Notes: generated from the sequence alone by a model not told the origin. A DNA stretch of 64,000 nt from Pseudohongiella sp. (GCA_030696315.1 JAUYSM010000075.1:72580-136579), one strand, 5' to 3'. Counted from the stretch's first letter, positions 47,946 through 60,419 are shown. Numbers and translations are program-made.

Positions 47946-49418
47946 TCAGGCCAACTTGATCGCGCGGCCATGGTTATAGATCTCAACCAATTGGGAGTGC
48001 AGGGCTTTTACTGCAGTATTGTAGTCTTCTTCATCAAGCACAAACTGCATGTCAACCTGCCGCATACATTGATGTACCCCCAGAATGTCGACCCCTGCGT
48101 CTGCCAAGGCTTTTGCGGTGCGAGCTAGCATGCCAGGGATTTTTAGATCACTGCCAATTGCCGACACAATACATACCTTGCGGACATTGATTTCAGCATC
48201 TGGAAACAGCTCGGCCATTGCCGCTTGAATGCGTTTGACAGTTTTCAGATTGGCTGACAAGTAATGAGTAATGGTATTGGCATTCAGGTCTTTATTAATG
48301 ACCTGCGCCTTGAAGCGCATGATCTGGCCAAGGAATTTTTCTTCATAGTGAGAGAGATCCCCTACCATGTCCTGATCAAACAATTCGATTGCATAAACGC
48401 CCAAGCGACCGGCAACAATCTCAACACAGGGTGAATCACTGACATAGTCACGTGTTATCAGTGTGCCACTGTGGTCGGGCTCAAAGGTGTTTTTGACGCG
48501 TAAATGTATATTGTTCTGGCGCAATCCCTTGGCGGCTCGCGGATGGATTGCTTCCATACCGAGATTGGCCAATTGGTCAGCAACATCGTAGTTGGTACGG
48601 CCAATAGGTACTGCTTTGTTGGCCCCAACAATGCCTGGGTCCGCACTGCTGAGGTGGAACTCCTTGTGAATAATGGCTTCGCGGGCGCCCGTTAACACAG
48701 CAATCCGGCTGAAGATCATTTCGCTATAACCGCGATCAAATATGGCCATCAAACCGCCTTCGCAGTGGCTGTAGCCCGTTGCGATCGGCAGTTGCTTTTT
48801 CAGATCCAGCCCTTCAAATGCACGTTGGATATTTTCATCAAGTGATACGTGTTTGGTATTTGCCCACCCTGAAAGGTCAACAAAACAGGCATTTAACCCA
48901 TGCAGCTGCAGAAGTCTGGCTGTGTTCCAGGCGCTGTGTATCTCGCCCAGACTGGCCAACATTTCCCGCACCGTCTGCAGGTAATCTGTCAGCGCAAAAT
49001 GTCCATGCTGGCAGAGACTGGCAACATCTTCGAGTACTTTACTGGCATCATTGAGGCGGCTCTCGATAAATTGATTAGCCTGCGCAACTTCCTGTTCACC
49101 GTGTTGCTCAAACAGATCTTTGTTGATTTCCAGTATGCGCGCTCGCAAGGTTTCAAAAGCGTCGCGCCAGCTTTGCTGTTCTTCCGCGTCAGAGAACAGC
49201 GCGTAAATGCCTGGCTGGCCGGTTTTTTTATGCTCAAGCAGCATGTTGGTAATGCCAGAATAAGCAGATACCACAAATACACGCTGATAGAAGTGCCCGT
49301 TCAGCGCTGGATTCATAAAGATGTTTTTTCGCACGGCATCAAACTGACTCATGGAGGTGCCGCCGATTTTCTCGACAGTATGGCCCGATTGCTGAGTAGA
49401 TGCGTCTGCTAATGTCAT
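47946..49418 (-). CDS. ask: Aspartate kinase, ectoine-pathway (ask_ect) type
   Basis: HTVEKIGGTSMS, FVVSAYSGITNMLLEHKK, FDRGYSEM, IHKEFHLSSADP, MEAIHP, MRQVDMQF. Confidence 0.88.
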   Translation of the reverse strand: MTLADASTQQSGHTVEKIGGTSMSQFDAVRKNIFMNPALNGHFYQRVFVVSAYSGITNMLLEHKKTGQPGIYALFSDAEEQQSWRDAFETLRARILEINKDLFEQHGEQEVAQANQFIESRLNDASKVLEDVASLCQHGHFALTDYLQTVREMLASLGEIHSAWNTARLLQLHGLNACFVDLSGWANTKHVSLDENIQRAFEGLDLKKQLPIATGYSHCEGGLMAIFDRGYSEMIFSRIAVLTGAREAIIHKEFHLSSADPGIVGANKAVPIGRTNYDVADQLANLGMEAIHPRAAKGLRQNNIHLRVKNTFEPDHSGTLITRDYVSDSPCVEIVAGRLGVYAIELFDQDMVGDLSHYEEKFLGQIMRFKAQVINKDLNANTITHYLSANLKTVKRIQAAMAELFPDAEINVRKVCIVSAIGSDLKIPGMLARTAKALADAGVDILGVHQCMRQVDMQFVLDEEDYNTAVKALHSQLVEIYNHGRAIKLA

Positions 49419-49466
49419 GTCTGATCCTGCGCTGTTCGTCGGTTGGATAGGTTTACTGCGGGCGCG

Positions 49467-49472
49467 ATTATA
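49467..49472 (-). promoter_or_regulatory. Candidate sigma70 -10 box for ask
   Basis: TATAAT on the minus strand about 50 nt upstream of the ask start. Confidence 0.5.
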
Positions 49473-49517
49473 ACGCAGCAGTCCGCTGGTTTCACCCAGT
49501 CAGCTGCAGGTGCTTTG

Positions 49518-50900
49518 TCACTCCAGTACATGGTAAAAAACGAAATGCGCATCTGGATCCTGCGGCATGTGGAAGTCGATTTCCTTGAGATCGATAGCCC
49601 GAAACAATTGCTTATAGCGCTCACACAGAGAGTTGTAGATCACCTCTTGCACGATCAGAATATTGTAGTGTTTAAGTCCCATGGTCAGGGCGTGCTCTTT
49701 GATTATATTTGAGATCACCGGTGTTTTACGCAGTTCTTCATAGCGGTAGGCCTGGATCAAGGCATCTCCAAACAGGTCGTAAGCCCTGATGCCGCTGCTC
49801 TGGAACGTGCCTTGAACCGAGTTGTAGGCCAGCCCCATCGCAGCCTTGATGGGGCTGGAGTACCCAAAGCGGTCCACCTCGGAGTTGAATGCGCGGAACA
49901 TCAACAATGCGGTCTCAACGGCGTGATCTGCCAGTGCATCTACCCTGTCGGTCAGAAACGGGTACCCAATCGCGCTGATGAAGCCATCACCAGTCTCCTT
50001 CAGTCGAAACGCCCGCGATTTAAGAGGGTTGTGTTCATAACCCATCATGCATATCTGCGAAAAGGCTCTGAGAATCTCCAGGAAAAATGCCTGAGTTTTT
50101 TCGTGTTTGATATTGCTTGATCCTTGCACGTCAAACACGTTCACAATGGCCTGCGCCTGGGCCACCGGCATGGTGTCTTCAAGCTGATCACCTGCTTTGA
50201 TTCTTGCCAATTGGTGTGGATACACCAGTTTGGACAACTGCTTGTACAAGTGTTGCCGCGTATCGGCATCAATTGATTTGTAATAGAACCTGGTCTGGAT
50301 ACGAGCAAAAAACAACCAGCTTACGATGATGCCACCCAAAAAGCCCTGTACGACTTGAATGGCGTTGATTGCCAGATAGGCGGGATCTATCAGGTAAATC
50401 AACACGGCCGTCAGCAGGGTGTAGACGCTGTTGCGGAGCAGGGTAGTGCCAAAACTGGTGTGATAAGAAAATGCAGTCGTCATCAGAATCACAAAGTTGA
50501 TCTGTCCGGACAGGGCAATGTAAAGATCTGAAGGGTCGACACCCGCCTCAATCGGTTTGAATACAAAGTGCAGCGTCAGACAAAAGCCAAACAGGATACT
50601 CAGCAAAAACACATCAAGAACACTGCGAGAATACTTATCCAGCCTGGCAAACAGTAACGACGCCAGCGGGTAGCCAAATGCAATGGCCACGGGGAGTGCG
50701 TAAGTGAACAGCACCTTATTGGCATCCGGGTTCCCGGATTGACTCATGCTCAGCCATGAAATGAAGGACGATACAATCAGCAGGAAGGCTGCTGTTCTGC
50801 CTGGCCAGTTGCGCAGGGCACGCGAAGCGTCGTCCCGGAGTTCATCCCTGAACTCGTCGGCATGTTCTTTGCAGTATGCCGAGTAGTTATCTGGATTCAT
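49518..50900 (-). CDS. Membrane-anchored (~6 TM) class III nucleotidyl cyclase, probably adenylate-specific
   Basis: About 6 hydrophobic helices, linker LSKLVYPHQLARIK, then FDVQGS, KETGDG, AMGL and YDLFGDALIQAYRYE. Confidence 0.78.
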   Translation of the reverse strand: MNPDNYSAYCKEHADEFRDELRDDASRALRNWPGRTAAFLLIVSSFISWLSMSQSGNPDANKVLFTYALPVAIAFGYPLASLLFARLDKYSRSVLDVFLLSILFGFCLTLHFVFKPIEAGVDPSDLYIALSGQINFVILMTTAFSYHTSFGTTLLRNSVYTLLTAVLIYLIDPAYLAINAIQVVQGFLGGIIVSWLFFARIQTRFYYKSIDADTRQHLYKQLSKLVYPHQLARIKAGDQLEDTMPVAQAQAIVNVFDVQGSSNIKHEKTQAFFLEILRAFSQICMMGYEHNPLKSRAFRLKETGDGFISAIGYPFLTDRVDALADHAVETALLMFRAFNSEVDRFGYSSPIKAAMGLAYNSVQGTFQSSGIRAYDLFGDALIQAYRYEELRKTPVISNIIKEHALTMGLKHYNILIVQEVIYNSLCERYKQLFRAIDLKEIDFHMPQDPDAHFVFYHVLE

Positions 50901-51001
50901 ATGACTTCTGTTGTTGTGGGTTGACCATCTAAGGCGCTCCTGCCGGCAGGTCTGGAGGGATGCGCTGGTGGCACTAGAGCATCCCCTTGTTTTGGGCTTC
51001 G

Positions 51002-51007
51002 ATTATA
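51002..51007 (-). promoter_or_regulatory. Candidate sigma70 -10 box for the cyclase gene
   Basis: TATAAT on the minus strand about 100 nt upstream of the start. Confidence 0.4.
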
Positions 51008-51105
51008 CAGATTTGCCTGCGCGCGGCAATTGCAGATCTGCTGTGGGGTGTGTATAAACAGGTTTTTGTTTTGACATGTAATCCTGACAGGGGTTTGGGG
51101 AAATA

Positions 51106-51657
51106 ATGGTTATGACGATCGCGTTGTTTTTGTACCTAATGATTGTTATCAGCCTTATCTGGGGGAGATTTTTTTTCTTCAGTCTTGCCGGTGGGACGCC
51201 AAGGTTGTTGGCGTATTCCTATGATGTTGCGGTCGCAGTTCAAATGATCTTTACGGTTTATGGGTTTTTATATGTGATGGATGTCACAAAACCATTTTCT
51301 TATGTTGTTGCTGTCTTGTATATGATTTCTCTGGTGATATTCTGGTCGGCAATTGTGACGGCAAAGTCTTTGGATTTTGCATTCAGCAAGCAGGTAGGAG
51401 ATATTGTGACAACCGGACCCTTTGGCTTATTCAGGCATCCGTTTTATGTTTCTTATCTGCTTGCCTGGTGGGCCAGTACAGTACTGTTTAACTCGGCTTT
51501 TATGTGGGTTTCAGCGTTATATCTTACTTTTTTTTATGTGGTATCAGCTAGAAAGGAAGAGCGCATTATTCTGGGTTCTTCACAGTCGGAAAAGTATCAA
51601 CTCTACCAAAAAAATGTAGGTATGTTCCTACCGAGGATTATAAGATGGAAGCGATAA
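51106..51657 (+). CDS. Isoprenylcysteine carboxyl methyltransferase (ICMT/PEMT) family membrane methyltransferase
   Basis: TM helices plus IVTTGPFGLFRHPFYVSY, ARKEERII, YQLYQKNVGMFLP, the family SAM-binding motifs. Confidence 0.85.
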   Translation: MVMTIALFLYLMIVISLIWGRFFFFSLAGGTPRLLAYSYDVAVAVQMIFTVYGFLYVMDVTKPFSYVVAVLYMISLVIFWSAIVTAKSLDFAFSKQVGDIVTTGPFGLFRHPFYVSYLLAWWASTVLFNSAFMWVSALYLTFFYVVSARKEERIILGSSQSEKYQLYQKNVGMFLPRIIRWKR

Positions 51658-52268
51658 AATTCAGAACTCTTAAAACTGATAGCGAAGTAGAATTTTTTCT
51701 CGGTCGATTCGAAAGTTATGTTGGTGTGAAGCTCCCTTATGATTATGCCCAGCGTAGTTCCTTCGTTGCCGGTTTCAAAGGTGAGGAGATGGTGGCGGGG
51801 TATATGCTTGTCACAAAACCCGACTTCCGAAGCCTTATGTTTGTGCCAGATCAAGTAAAGAGAGAGCACGACTTTTTCAAGAACGATAGTTACGATATGA
51901 TGGAAATCAATGGCGTCTGGATGAGCGCGTCGCTGAAGACTGCCTCCGAGCAATTCAGTGTCTGGGTCAAATTGATTCTGGATGCGTTTAAATGCAGGAA
52001 GCAGTTTGTGTTGCTGATGGCCAATCAGCGCAATATTAACATACGCCACGTACACGCAATGACGGGTGCTACTGACATCTATGAAGGCGAACCGATGCTG
52101 ATGTCGGGGGAAAAGAGCCATTCGACTATCCGTGTCAGTTACACCACGCGCTGGGCATTATTGATGAATCTGCCGCGTTATTGGCTTGAATACAAAAGCC
52201 GCGAGCGTCGTTTTCATCGCCGCCTCAAGCAGCGCGAATATACGCGGATGCTGAGCAAAGCCAGTTGA
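51645..52268 (+). CDS. Hypothetical protein, possibly GNAT/acyl-ACP acyltransferase fold (LuxI/FeeM-like)
   Basis: Overlaps the ICMT stop by 13 nt. The beta pattern VAGFKGEEMVAGYMLV, MMEINGVWM, FVLLMAN resembles GNAT strands; the fold is an inference. Confidence 0.5.
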   Translation: MEAIKFRTLKTDSEVEFFLGRFESYVGVKLPYDYAQRSSFVAGFKGEEMVAGYMLVTKPDFRSLMFVPDQVKREHDFFKNDSYDMMEINGVWMSASLKTASEQFSVWVKLILDAFKCRKQFVLLMANQRNINIRHVHAMTGATDIYEGEPMLMSGEKSHSTIRVSYTTRWALLMNLPRYWLEYKSRERRFHRRLKQREYTRMLSKAS

Positions 52269-52284
52269 TCGAACTGTTTGTCAG

Positions 52285-52309
52285 CCCCAATCTGTGAGTC
52301 AGATTGGGG
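52285..52309 (+). terminator. Stem-loop ending the ICMT-GNAT operon
   Basis: Perfect 10 bp stem CCCCAATCTG-tgagt-CAGATTGGGG; weak U tract. Confidence 0.6.
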
Positions 52310-52452
52310 GCGTTCCTGACGGGCGTTTGCATGCGTCAATAAATTGACAGTGACGACATGCTGACGCTTGCTGTGCTATTGTGGTGCGTAAACCAACGAT
52401 TGATGTACGCACATGCCAATGCAGTGCTGTCGTTTTTGTCAGGAGAAATGAA

Positions 52453-52710
52453 GTGGGTCAGGATAGAGTAAGGTTTTTACTTAATGAGTTGAATCAGGAG
52501 CTGGCTGCGGCAGAGAACCTTGATCAGGAAACATTGGATCTGGCCAGGAAACTGGAAAGAGATATGGAGCAGCTGATTGAGCGTTCTGAACCCGTAGCAT
52601 CTGAGCTTGAAGATGCCATTGCGCTCGAGGCGCGTTTCGCGGCGACACATCCGGTGGCCGAGCGAATACTGAGAGAGTTGATTGCAGTGCTTGGCCGGAT
52701 GGGTATCTAA
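52453..52710 (+). CDS. DUF4404 family protein
   Basis: LLNELNQEL...EARFAATHPVAERILRELIAVLGRMGI; AGGAG before GTG 52453. Confidence 0.8.
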   Translation: MGQDRVRFLLNELNQELAAAENLDQETLDLARKLERDMEQLIERSEPVASELEDAIALEARFAATHPVAERILRELIAVLGRMGI

Positions 52711-53732
52711 AGTTTAGCTGGCAATCTGAGGCCACTAAACCCAAGACACAACTGTTCCATCAACATCCATGGTGGCAGTGATTGCATGCCTTTGATTGCC
52801 AAGTCTACCTGCCTTGCCTGCATCATCAAGTTGTCGATTTGCGCTGATGTCAGGCGTCGCAATGCATGACGAACCATGGCTTGTCTGTTTTTCCAGACGT
52901 GGTGCCGTTGAATCACGTCATCAATACGCTGCCCCAGGGTAATATCACCCAGCATGCTGGATAGTTGTCTTAACTCTTTGCAAATCATGGCATTAAGAGG
53001 CAAAAGCTCCTGTCCTTCCTGCTGTAGTCTCTGCAGGGTTCTGACCACTCGGGCACTTTCACCTGCCAGACAAGCATCTATTAAACCAAATATATTAAAT
53101 CGGGCATTGTCGGCCACCGTTCGAGCGATATGCTCGATACTCAGATGTTTTCCACTGCCGAACAGTAACTGCAGTTTTATGATTTCTTGATCGGCCGCCA
53201 GCATATTCCCTTCGATGCGGTCTGCCAGCAGTTGAACAGCATCCTCATCCGCGGTGATAGCGAGATCAGCCAATCGGCTGCTAATCCACGCTGGCAGTTT
53301 GTCTGCGTCCAGTGGATACATCTGTACAAGCAAGAGTTGGCTTTCCAATTTGGTAAACCACTGGGTTTTTACTGTTGCAGGTTCGATTCTGGGGCTGGTC
53401 AGTAGCAATAGATTGTCTGGACTTGCATTTTGCAGATACTCAGCCAAGGCCTTTTTTGCCGATTCGTCCAGCTTGCTGCTTTTGAGATTCAGTTCAATCA
53501 GTTTTCTGTCAGAAAACAGTGACAGACTATTGCCAGCAGCGATCAAGTTTCCCCAGTCAAACTGGGCGTCAACGTCATAACGTTCACGCTCGCTAAAGCC
53601 TTGTTGTTTACATACTTCACGCACAAGGTCTGTGCAATCGCGCATCTGTAAAGGTTCATCCCCGCTCAGCCAACATGCCAGCGGCAATTTTCTGCCCAGC
53701 GCTGATCGCAGTTGATTGGCGTAAACCTTCAT
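52707..53732 (-). CDS. holA: DNA polymerase III delta subunit
   Basis: LSGDEPLQ, SLSLFSDRKLIEL, EGNMLAADQEIIKL, FNIFGLID. Confidence 0.94.
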   Translation of the reverse strand: MKVYANQLRSALGRKLPLACWLSGDEPLQMRDCTDLVREVCKQQGFSERERYDVDAQFDWGNLIAAGNSLSLFSDRKLIELNLKSSKLDESAKKALAEYLQNASPDNLLLLTSPRIEPATVKTQWFTKLESQLLLVQMYPLDADKLPAWISSRLADLAITADEDAVQLLADRIEGNMLAADQEIIKLQLLFGSGKHLSIEHIARTVADNARFNIFGLIDACLAGESARVVRTLQRLQQEGQELLPLNAMICKELRQLSSMLGDITLGQRIDDVIQRHHVWKNRQAMVRHALRRLTSAQIDNLMMQARQVDLAIKGMQSLPPWMLMEQLCLGFSGLRLPAKL

Positions 53733-54219
53733 AAAGTTATTTCACGTAGTCGACGGATAATAAAATCAGCCATGTCCTGGCGCATATCGTTTAGGGTTTG
53801 TTCCACGCCGTTGTTACTGCCACTGATGTTAGCGGTGTCCTCGTAGAAGCTACCGGTGACTTCAACCGTCTCAGGGCCATCAAGCAGCTGACCGGATAAA
53901 TACACACTGGCATCGATTTGCAGCGTCAGAGCATATTGTCCTGCGCCGCCTCGATTATTGAGTGTCAGCGCCCGACGCTCGAGTCTTTCTGGTGAGAGTC
54001 TGAGTTCAAGCGCATCTCCGGCAACAGAAGGCACTGATACGCCATTGGCGATCAGTGCATCCCTGAGTATTTCCGCCAATGGGTATCGGCCGCCAGGATA
54101 GGAAATGGCGAGTTCTTCGATTGGCATGGCGGCCTGTTCTGATCCCCGCAGGGTGAAACCACAGCCGCTGAGAAAACTGACAACTAAAAACAGCAGCAAG
54201 CCCGCGCGTAAAATCCGCA

Positions 54220-54220
<1 letters not shown>
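53729..54220 (-). CDS. lptE: LPS assembly lipoprotein LptE
   Basis: Lipobox LSGC-GFTLRG; lies between leuS and holA. Confidence 0.85.
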
Positions 54221-56718
<2,498 letters not shown>

Positions 56719-56763
56719 TTAGTGCATCTCAAAAAAAGCGTTCTACTAAAAAATTAGTTTGTC

Positions 56764-57249
56764 TCAGTTTTGTTGCTCGGCTTTGTAGGGGTTTTCAAAC
56801 CCCAGTTCTGCCAGAATCAGGGCTTCCAAAGTTTCCATGGCAAGCGCTTCCGCCTCGGTCTCATGGTCAAATCCGTTAAGATGAAGCATGCCGTGGATCA
56901 GCATGTGCGCCCAATGGGCGGGTAGACTTTTATCCTGAGCTTCTGCCTCACGTGCGACCACTGTTGCGCAGATCACCAGATCGCCCAGCGGTATTTCATC
57001 AAGGTTGTGCACTATCTCATCGGGAATTTCGACACCAAACGATAAGACATTGGTGGCATAGTCCTTTTGTCTGTAAGCCAGATTGATGGCCGCTGACTCT
57101 TCTTCATCAACGATGCGCAGCCCCAGACTCAAGGGTTTATTCGGGGCATCAAGATGCTTTAAAACGGCTTCCCCCCAGGTCTGTAGCTGAACAGCACCGG
57201 GCACATTTGTGCTGGCACTGTCGTTGATCACGTCAATAATCACGGTCAT
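56764..57249 (-). CDS. ybeY: rRNA maturation endoribonuclease YbeY
   Basis: YRQKDYATNVLSF, LGDLVIC, HMLIHGMLHLNGFDH. Confidence 0.95.
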   Translation of the reverse strand: MTVIIDVINDSASTNVPGAVQLQTWGEAVLKHLDAPNKPLSLGLRIVDEEESAAINLAYRQKDYATNVLSFGVEIPDEIVHNLDEIPLGDLVICATVVAREAEAQDKSLPAHWAHMLIHGMLHLNGFDHETEAEALAMETLEALILAELGFENPYKAEQQN

Positions 57250-58279
57250 AGCTGCTGGTACCATCCGGGTTTAGTGACGAAATAGTGGTTTTCTTTTCAT
57301 ACGCGTCATAGGCTTCAACAATGCGTTGAACAAGAGAGTGTCGTACAACGTCTTTTGAATCAAAATAGTTGAACCCTATGCCATTCAAACCCTCTAGCAC
57401 TTTTATGACGTGGACCAACCCGGATCTTGTGCCTTTGGGAAGATCAATTTGTGTCACATCCCCGGTAATGACGGCAGTAGACCCAAAACCGATACGGGTC
57501 AGGAACATTTTCATCTGTGACACGGTTGTATTCTGGCTTTCGTCCAGAATAATAAATGAGCCGTTTAAAGTTCTGCCACGCATGTATGCCAGTGGTGCTA
57601 CTTCGATCACATTTTTCTCAATCAATCGAGTGACTTTCTCAAACCCCAGCATTTCGTAAAGCGCGTCATAAAGTGGGCGCAGGTAGGGATCAATTTTCTG
57701 ACTGAGATCGCCAGGCAGGAAACCCAGTTTTTCGCCTGCTTCAACCGCGGGGCGCACCAACAGCAGACGCTTGACCTTGTCCTGCATCAACGCCTCAACG
57801 GCACAGGCCACGGCAAGGTAGGTTTTCCCTGTGCCCGCCGGCCCGATGCCAAAATTGATATCCAATGACTGGATTGACTCGACATAACGCCGCTGATGTT
57901 TGCCGCGCGGTTTAACCGAGACATGTGGTGTCTTGATCAAAATGGGCTTGAATTCATCTGTCTCTTGGGCCGTCGAAGATTGCTGACCATCGATGGCTGC
58001 CGCAACACCGGTGTCTCGCAAGGTCAAATGTATCAGATCAGGCGTGATCAGGCTGCCGTCCGCAGTCCCTGAGTAGAGCGTTTCCAATACGCGCGTAGCT
58101 TCGGTCACTGATGAAGGCATGCCAGACAATTGAAAAATGTTGCCACGCTGTCGAATTTCGATCGCCAGTGCTTTTTCAATCTGATGGATGTTTTCGTTCA
58201 GTTGCCCGCACAAGTTTGCCAGACGATGTGTGTTTTCAGGCTCAAGAGTGAGTCTGTGAGTTTGCTGTTCAGTGGTCAT
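57233..58279 (-). CDS. ybeZ: PhoH-family ATPase (YbeZ-like)
   Basis: GPAGTGKT, RPAVEAGEKLGFLPGD, AYMRGRTL, DESQN, TRIG; ATG at 58279. Confidence 0.93.
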   Translation of the reverse strand: MTTEQQTHRLTLEPENTHRLANLCGQLNENIHQIEKALAIEIRQRGNIFQLSGMPSSVTEATRVLETLYSGTADGSLITPDLIHLTLRDTGVAAAIDGQQSSTAQETDEFKPILIKTPHVSVKPRGKHQRRYVESIQSLDINFGIGPAGTGKTYLAVACAVEALMQDKVKRLLLVRPAVEAGEKLGFLPGDLSQKIDPYLRPLYDALYEMLGFEKVTRLIEKNVIEVAPLAYMRGRTLNGSFIILDESQNTTVSQMKMFLTRIGFGSTAVITGDVTQIDLPKGTRSGLVHVIKVLEGLNGIGFNYFDSKDVVRHSLVQRIVEAYDAYEKKTTISSLNPDGTSSYDRDY

Positions 58280-58378
58280 GCCGCTCGGCTTATACCTCCG
58301 GAGTCGCTCATGCAGTTTGTGCGCAAGCGGACCCCTCAAGATTCAAGGAAGAAGCATGAAGTATAGAGCAATTCCCGG

Positions 58379-59725
58379 CTAAAGTTCACCTGCCAGAGAG
58401 TTTGGAAATGCATCAGTAATTTTGACATCAACAAACTGGCCAATCAGACTCAGGTCATCACTGGAGAAATTCACAACCCTGTTATTTTCTGTGCGCCCGG
58501 CCAACAGGCTGACGCCATGACGAGCAGGGCCATTGACCAGAATACGCTGGGTAGTGCCCACCATTCTCTCGCTGATAGCTGTAGCCTGCAGCAGGATTTG
58601 TGCTTGCAAAACGGCAAGGCGGTGTTTCTTTTCCTGCTCGCTGGTGTGATCTGGCAGATCTGACGCAGGTGTTCCTGGTCGAGGGCTGAAAATAAAGCTG
58701 AATGATGTGTCGTAACCCACATCGATAATCAGATTCATGGTGTCTTCAAAGTCCTTTTGTGTCTCGCCGGGAAAACCAACAATGAAGTCAGACGACAGGC
58801 TTATATCAGGGCGAATGGCTTTGAGCTTGCGTATGATGGATTTGTATTCCAACGCGGTATGTCCGCGCTTCATGGCTGCCAGTATACGATCAGATCCGCT
58901 CTGGATTGGCAGATGCAGATGGCTGACCAGTTCTGGAACATGGTTATAAATATCGATCAGGTTGCTGCGGAACTCTACTGGATGCGAGGTTGTGAATCGA
59001 ATCCGGTCAATACCGTCGATAGCAGCGATGTAGCTTATCAGTGTTGCAAAATCAACAATCTGCCCGTCGTGGCTGAGGCCACGATAAGCGTTTACGTTCT
59101 GTCCAAGCAGATTGATTTCGCGAACCCCTTTGCTGGCCAGATGCACGGCTTCCGCCAATACATCATCCAGCGGTCGACTGACTTCTTCACCACGGGTATA
59201 GGGTACAACGCAAAATGAACAATATTTGCTGCAGCCTTCCATCACTGTCAGAAATGCTTCGCATCCAGACACAGAGGGTTCGGGCAGACGGTCGAATTTT
59301 TCGATTTCAGGAAAGCTGATATCTACAACAGGGCCATAACCATTCGATTTATTGAGCATCTCGGGTAGTTTATGTAAGGTTTGCGGGCCAAACACCACGT
59401 CCACATAAGGTGCACGTTTACCAATAGCGGCACCTTCCTGGCTGGCAACACAGCCGCCGACCGCAATTTTGATCTCAGGTCTGGCCTTCTTTAAACCCTT
59501 CCAGCGCCCCAGCTGGTGAAATACTTTTTCCTGCGCTTTCTCTCGTATGGAGCAGGTATTGAGCAGCAAAATATCTGCTTCTTCGGCGGTTGCAACCAGA
59601 TCGGCACCATGGGTTTCCTGAAGTAAATCAAGCATGCGGGACGAGTCATACTCGTTCATCTGACAACCATGGGTCTTGATAAAGACTTTTTTTCGCACTG
59701 TGCTGGAAGGTATGTCGTTGCTCAT
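58379..59725 (-). CDS. miaB: tRNA-2-methylthio-N6-dimethylallyladenosine synthase
   Basis: [30 protein letters not shown]-terminal TRAM domain. Confidence 0.97.
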   Translation of the reverse strand: MSNDIPSSTVRKKVFIKTHGCQMNEYDSSRMLDLLQETHGADLVATAEEADILLLNTCSIREKAQEKVFHQLGRWKGLKKARPEIKIAVGGCVASQEGAAIGKRAPYVDVVFGPQTLHKLPEMLNKSNGYGPVVDISFPEIEKFDRLPEPSVSGCEAFLTVMEGCSKYCSFCVVPYTRGEEVSRPLDDVLAEAVHLASKGVREINLLGQNVNAYRGLSHDGQIVDFATLISYIAAIDGIDRIRFTTSHPVEFRSNLIDIYNHVPELVSHLHLPIQSGSDRILAAMKRGHTALEYKSIIRKLKAIRPDISLSSDFIVGFPGETQKDFEDTMNLIIDVGYDTSFSFIFSPRPGTPASDLPDHTSEQEKKHRLAVLQAQILLQATAISERMVGTTQRILVNGPARHGVSLLAGRTENNRVVNFSSDDLSLIGQFVDVKITDAFPNSLAGEL

Positions 59726-59892
59726 GTTTTACATCGCTCGGAAAGACATTCAGGAATTGACCCTGACGAAAAGCCGCGGATTATAACAGCAAATTGGCGG
59801 TGCTGCTGTATCTGGGCGGCTACTTTGAGCTACAATGCGCGCCTTGACCCGAGTCATCCCATTTGTTTTATCCGCGTTTTTGAGAGAGTACG

Positions 59893-60237
59893 ATGGCCAT
59901 CCGCCAGGAAATTTATCGCATCACCTTCCTCAACAAAGGCAAAGTCTATGAGATTTTTGCCCGCCAGGTCTATCAAAGCGAGCTTTACGGTTTTATTGAA
60001 GTCGAAGAGTTTCTATTTGACGAACGCAGTCAAATGCTGGTTGATCCCAGCGAAGAAAAACTGAAAATGGAGTTTCAGGACGTCAAGCGCAGTTTTATAC
60101 CTCTGCAAGCCATTCTGCGTATTGATGAAGTAGAAAAGACGGGCGTGGCCAAAATCAGCAGCGGCGACAATATCATGCCATTTCCATTGCCCGCTTTTGG
60201 TACGCGCAATTCCGGAAACACTGGCAACGAAAGCTGA
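59893..60237 (+). CDS. DUF1820 family protein
   Basis: YRITFLNKGKVYEIFA, FIEVEEFLF, DPSEEKLKMEF, RIDEVEK. Confidence 0.88.
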   Translation: MAIRQEIYRITFLNKGKVYEIFARQVYQSELYGFIEVEEFLFDERSQMLVDPSEEKLKMEFQDVKRSFIPLQAILRIDEVEKTGVAKISSGDNIMPFPLPAFGTRNSGNTGNES

Positions 60238-60419
60238 AGCATCGCTTGCTTGAGTATTTTCTCGCCTTATTGGCAGATGCCTGCTTTTTTGCGCAGGCAT
60301 TCAGTTTCAATTCAGACTCCTTGTTGTATAACTGATCCCGTAAGCACTTAATTCCAGATGTTCCAACAGAATCTCTGTGAAGTTTGCGATATGGTGCTCA
60401 ATTCGACGGAGGGCAGGCA

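Noticed and set aside
57233-58279. Phage-type phoH or Pho-regulon marker
   Set aside because: It sits in the standard miaB-ybeZ-ybeY housekeeping operon.
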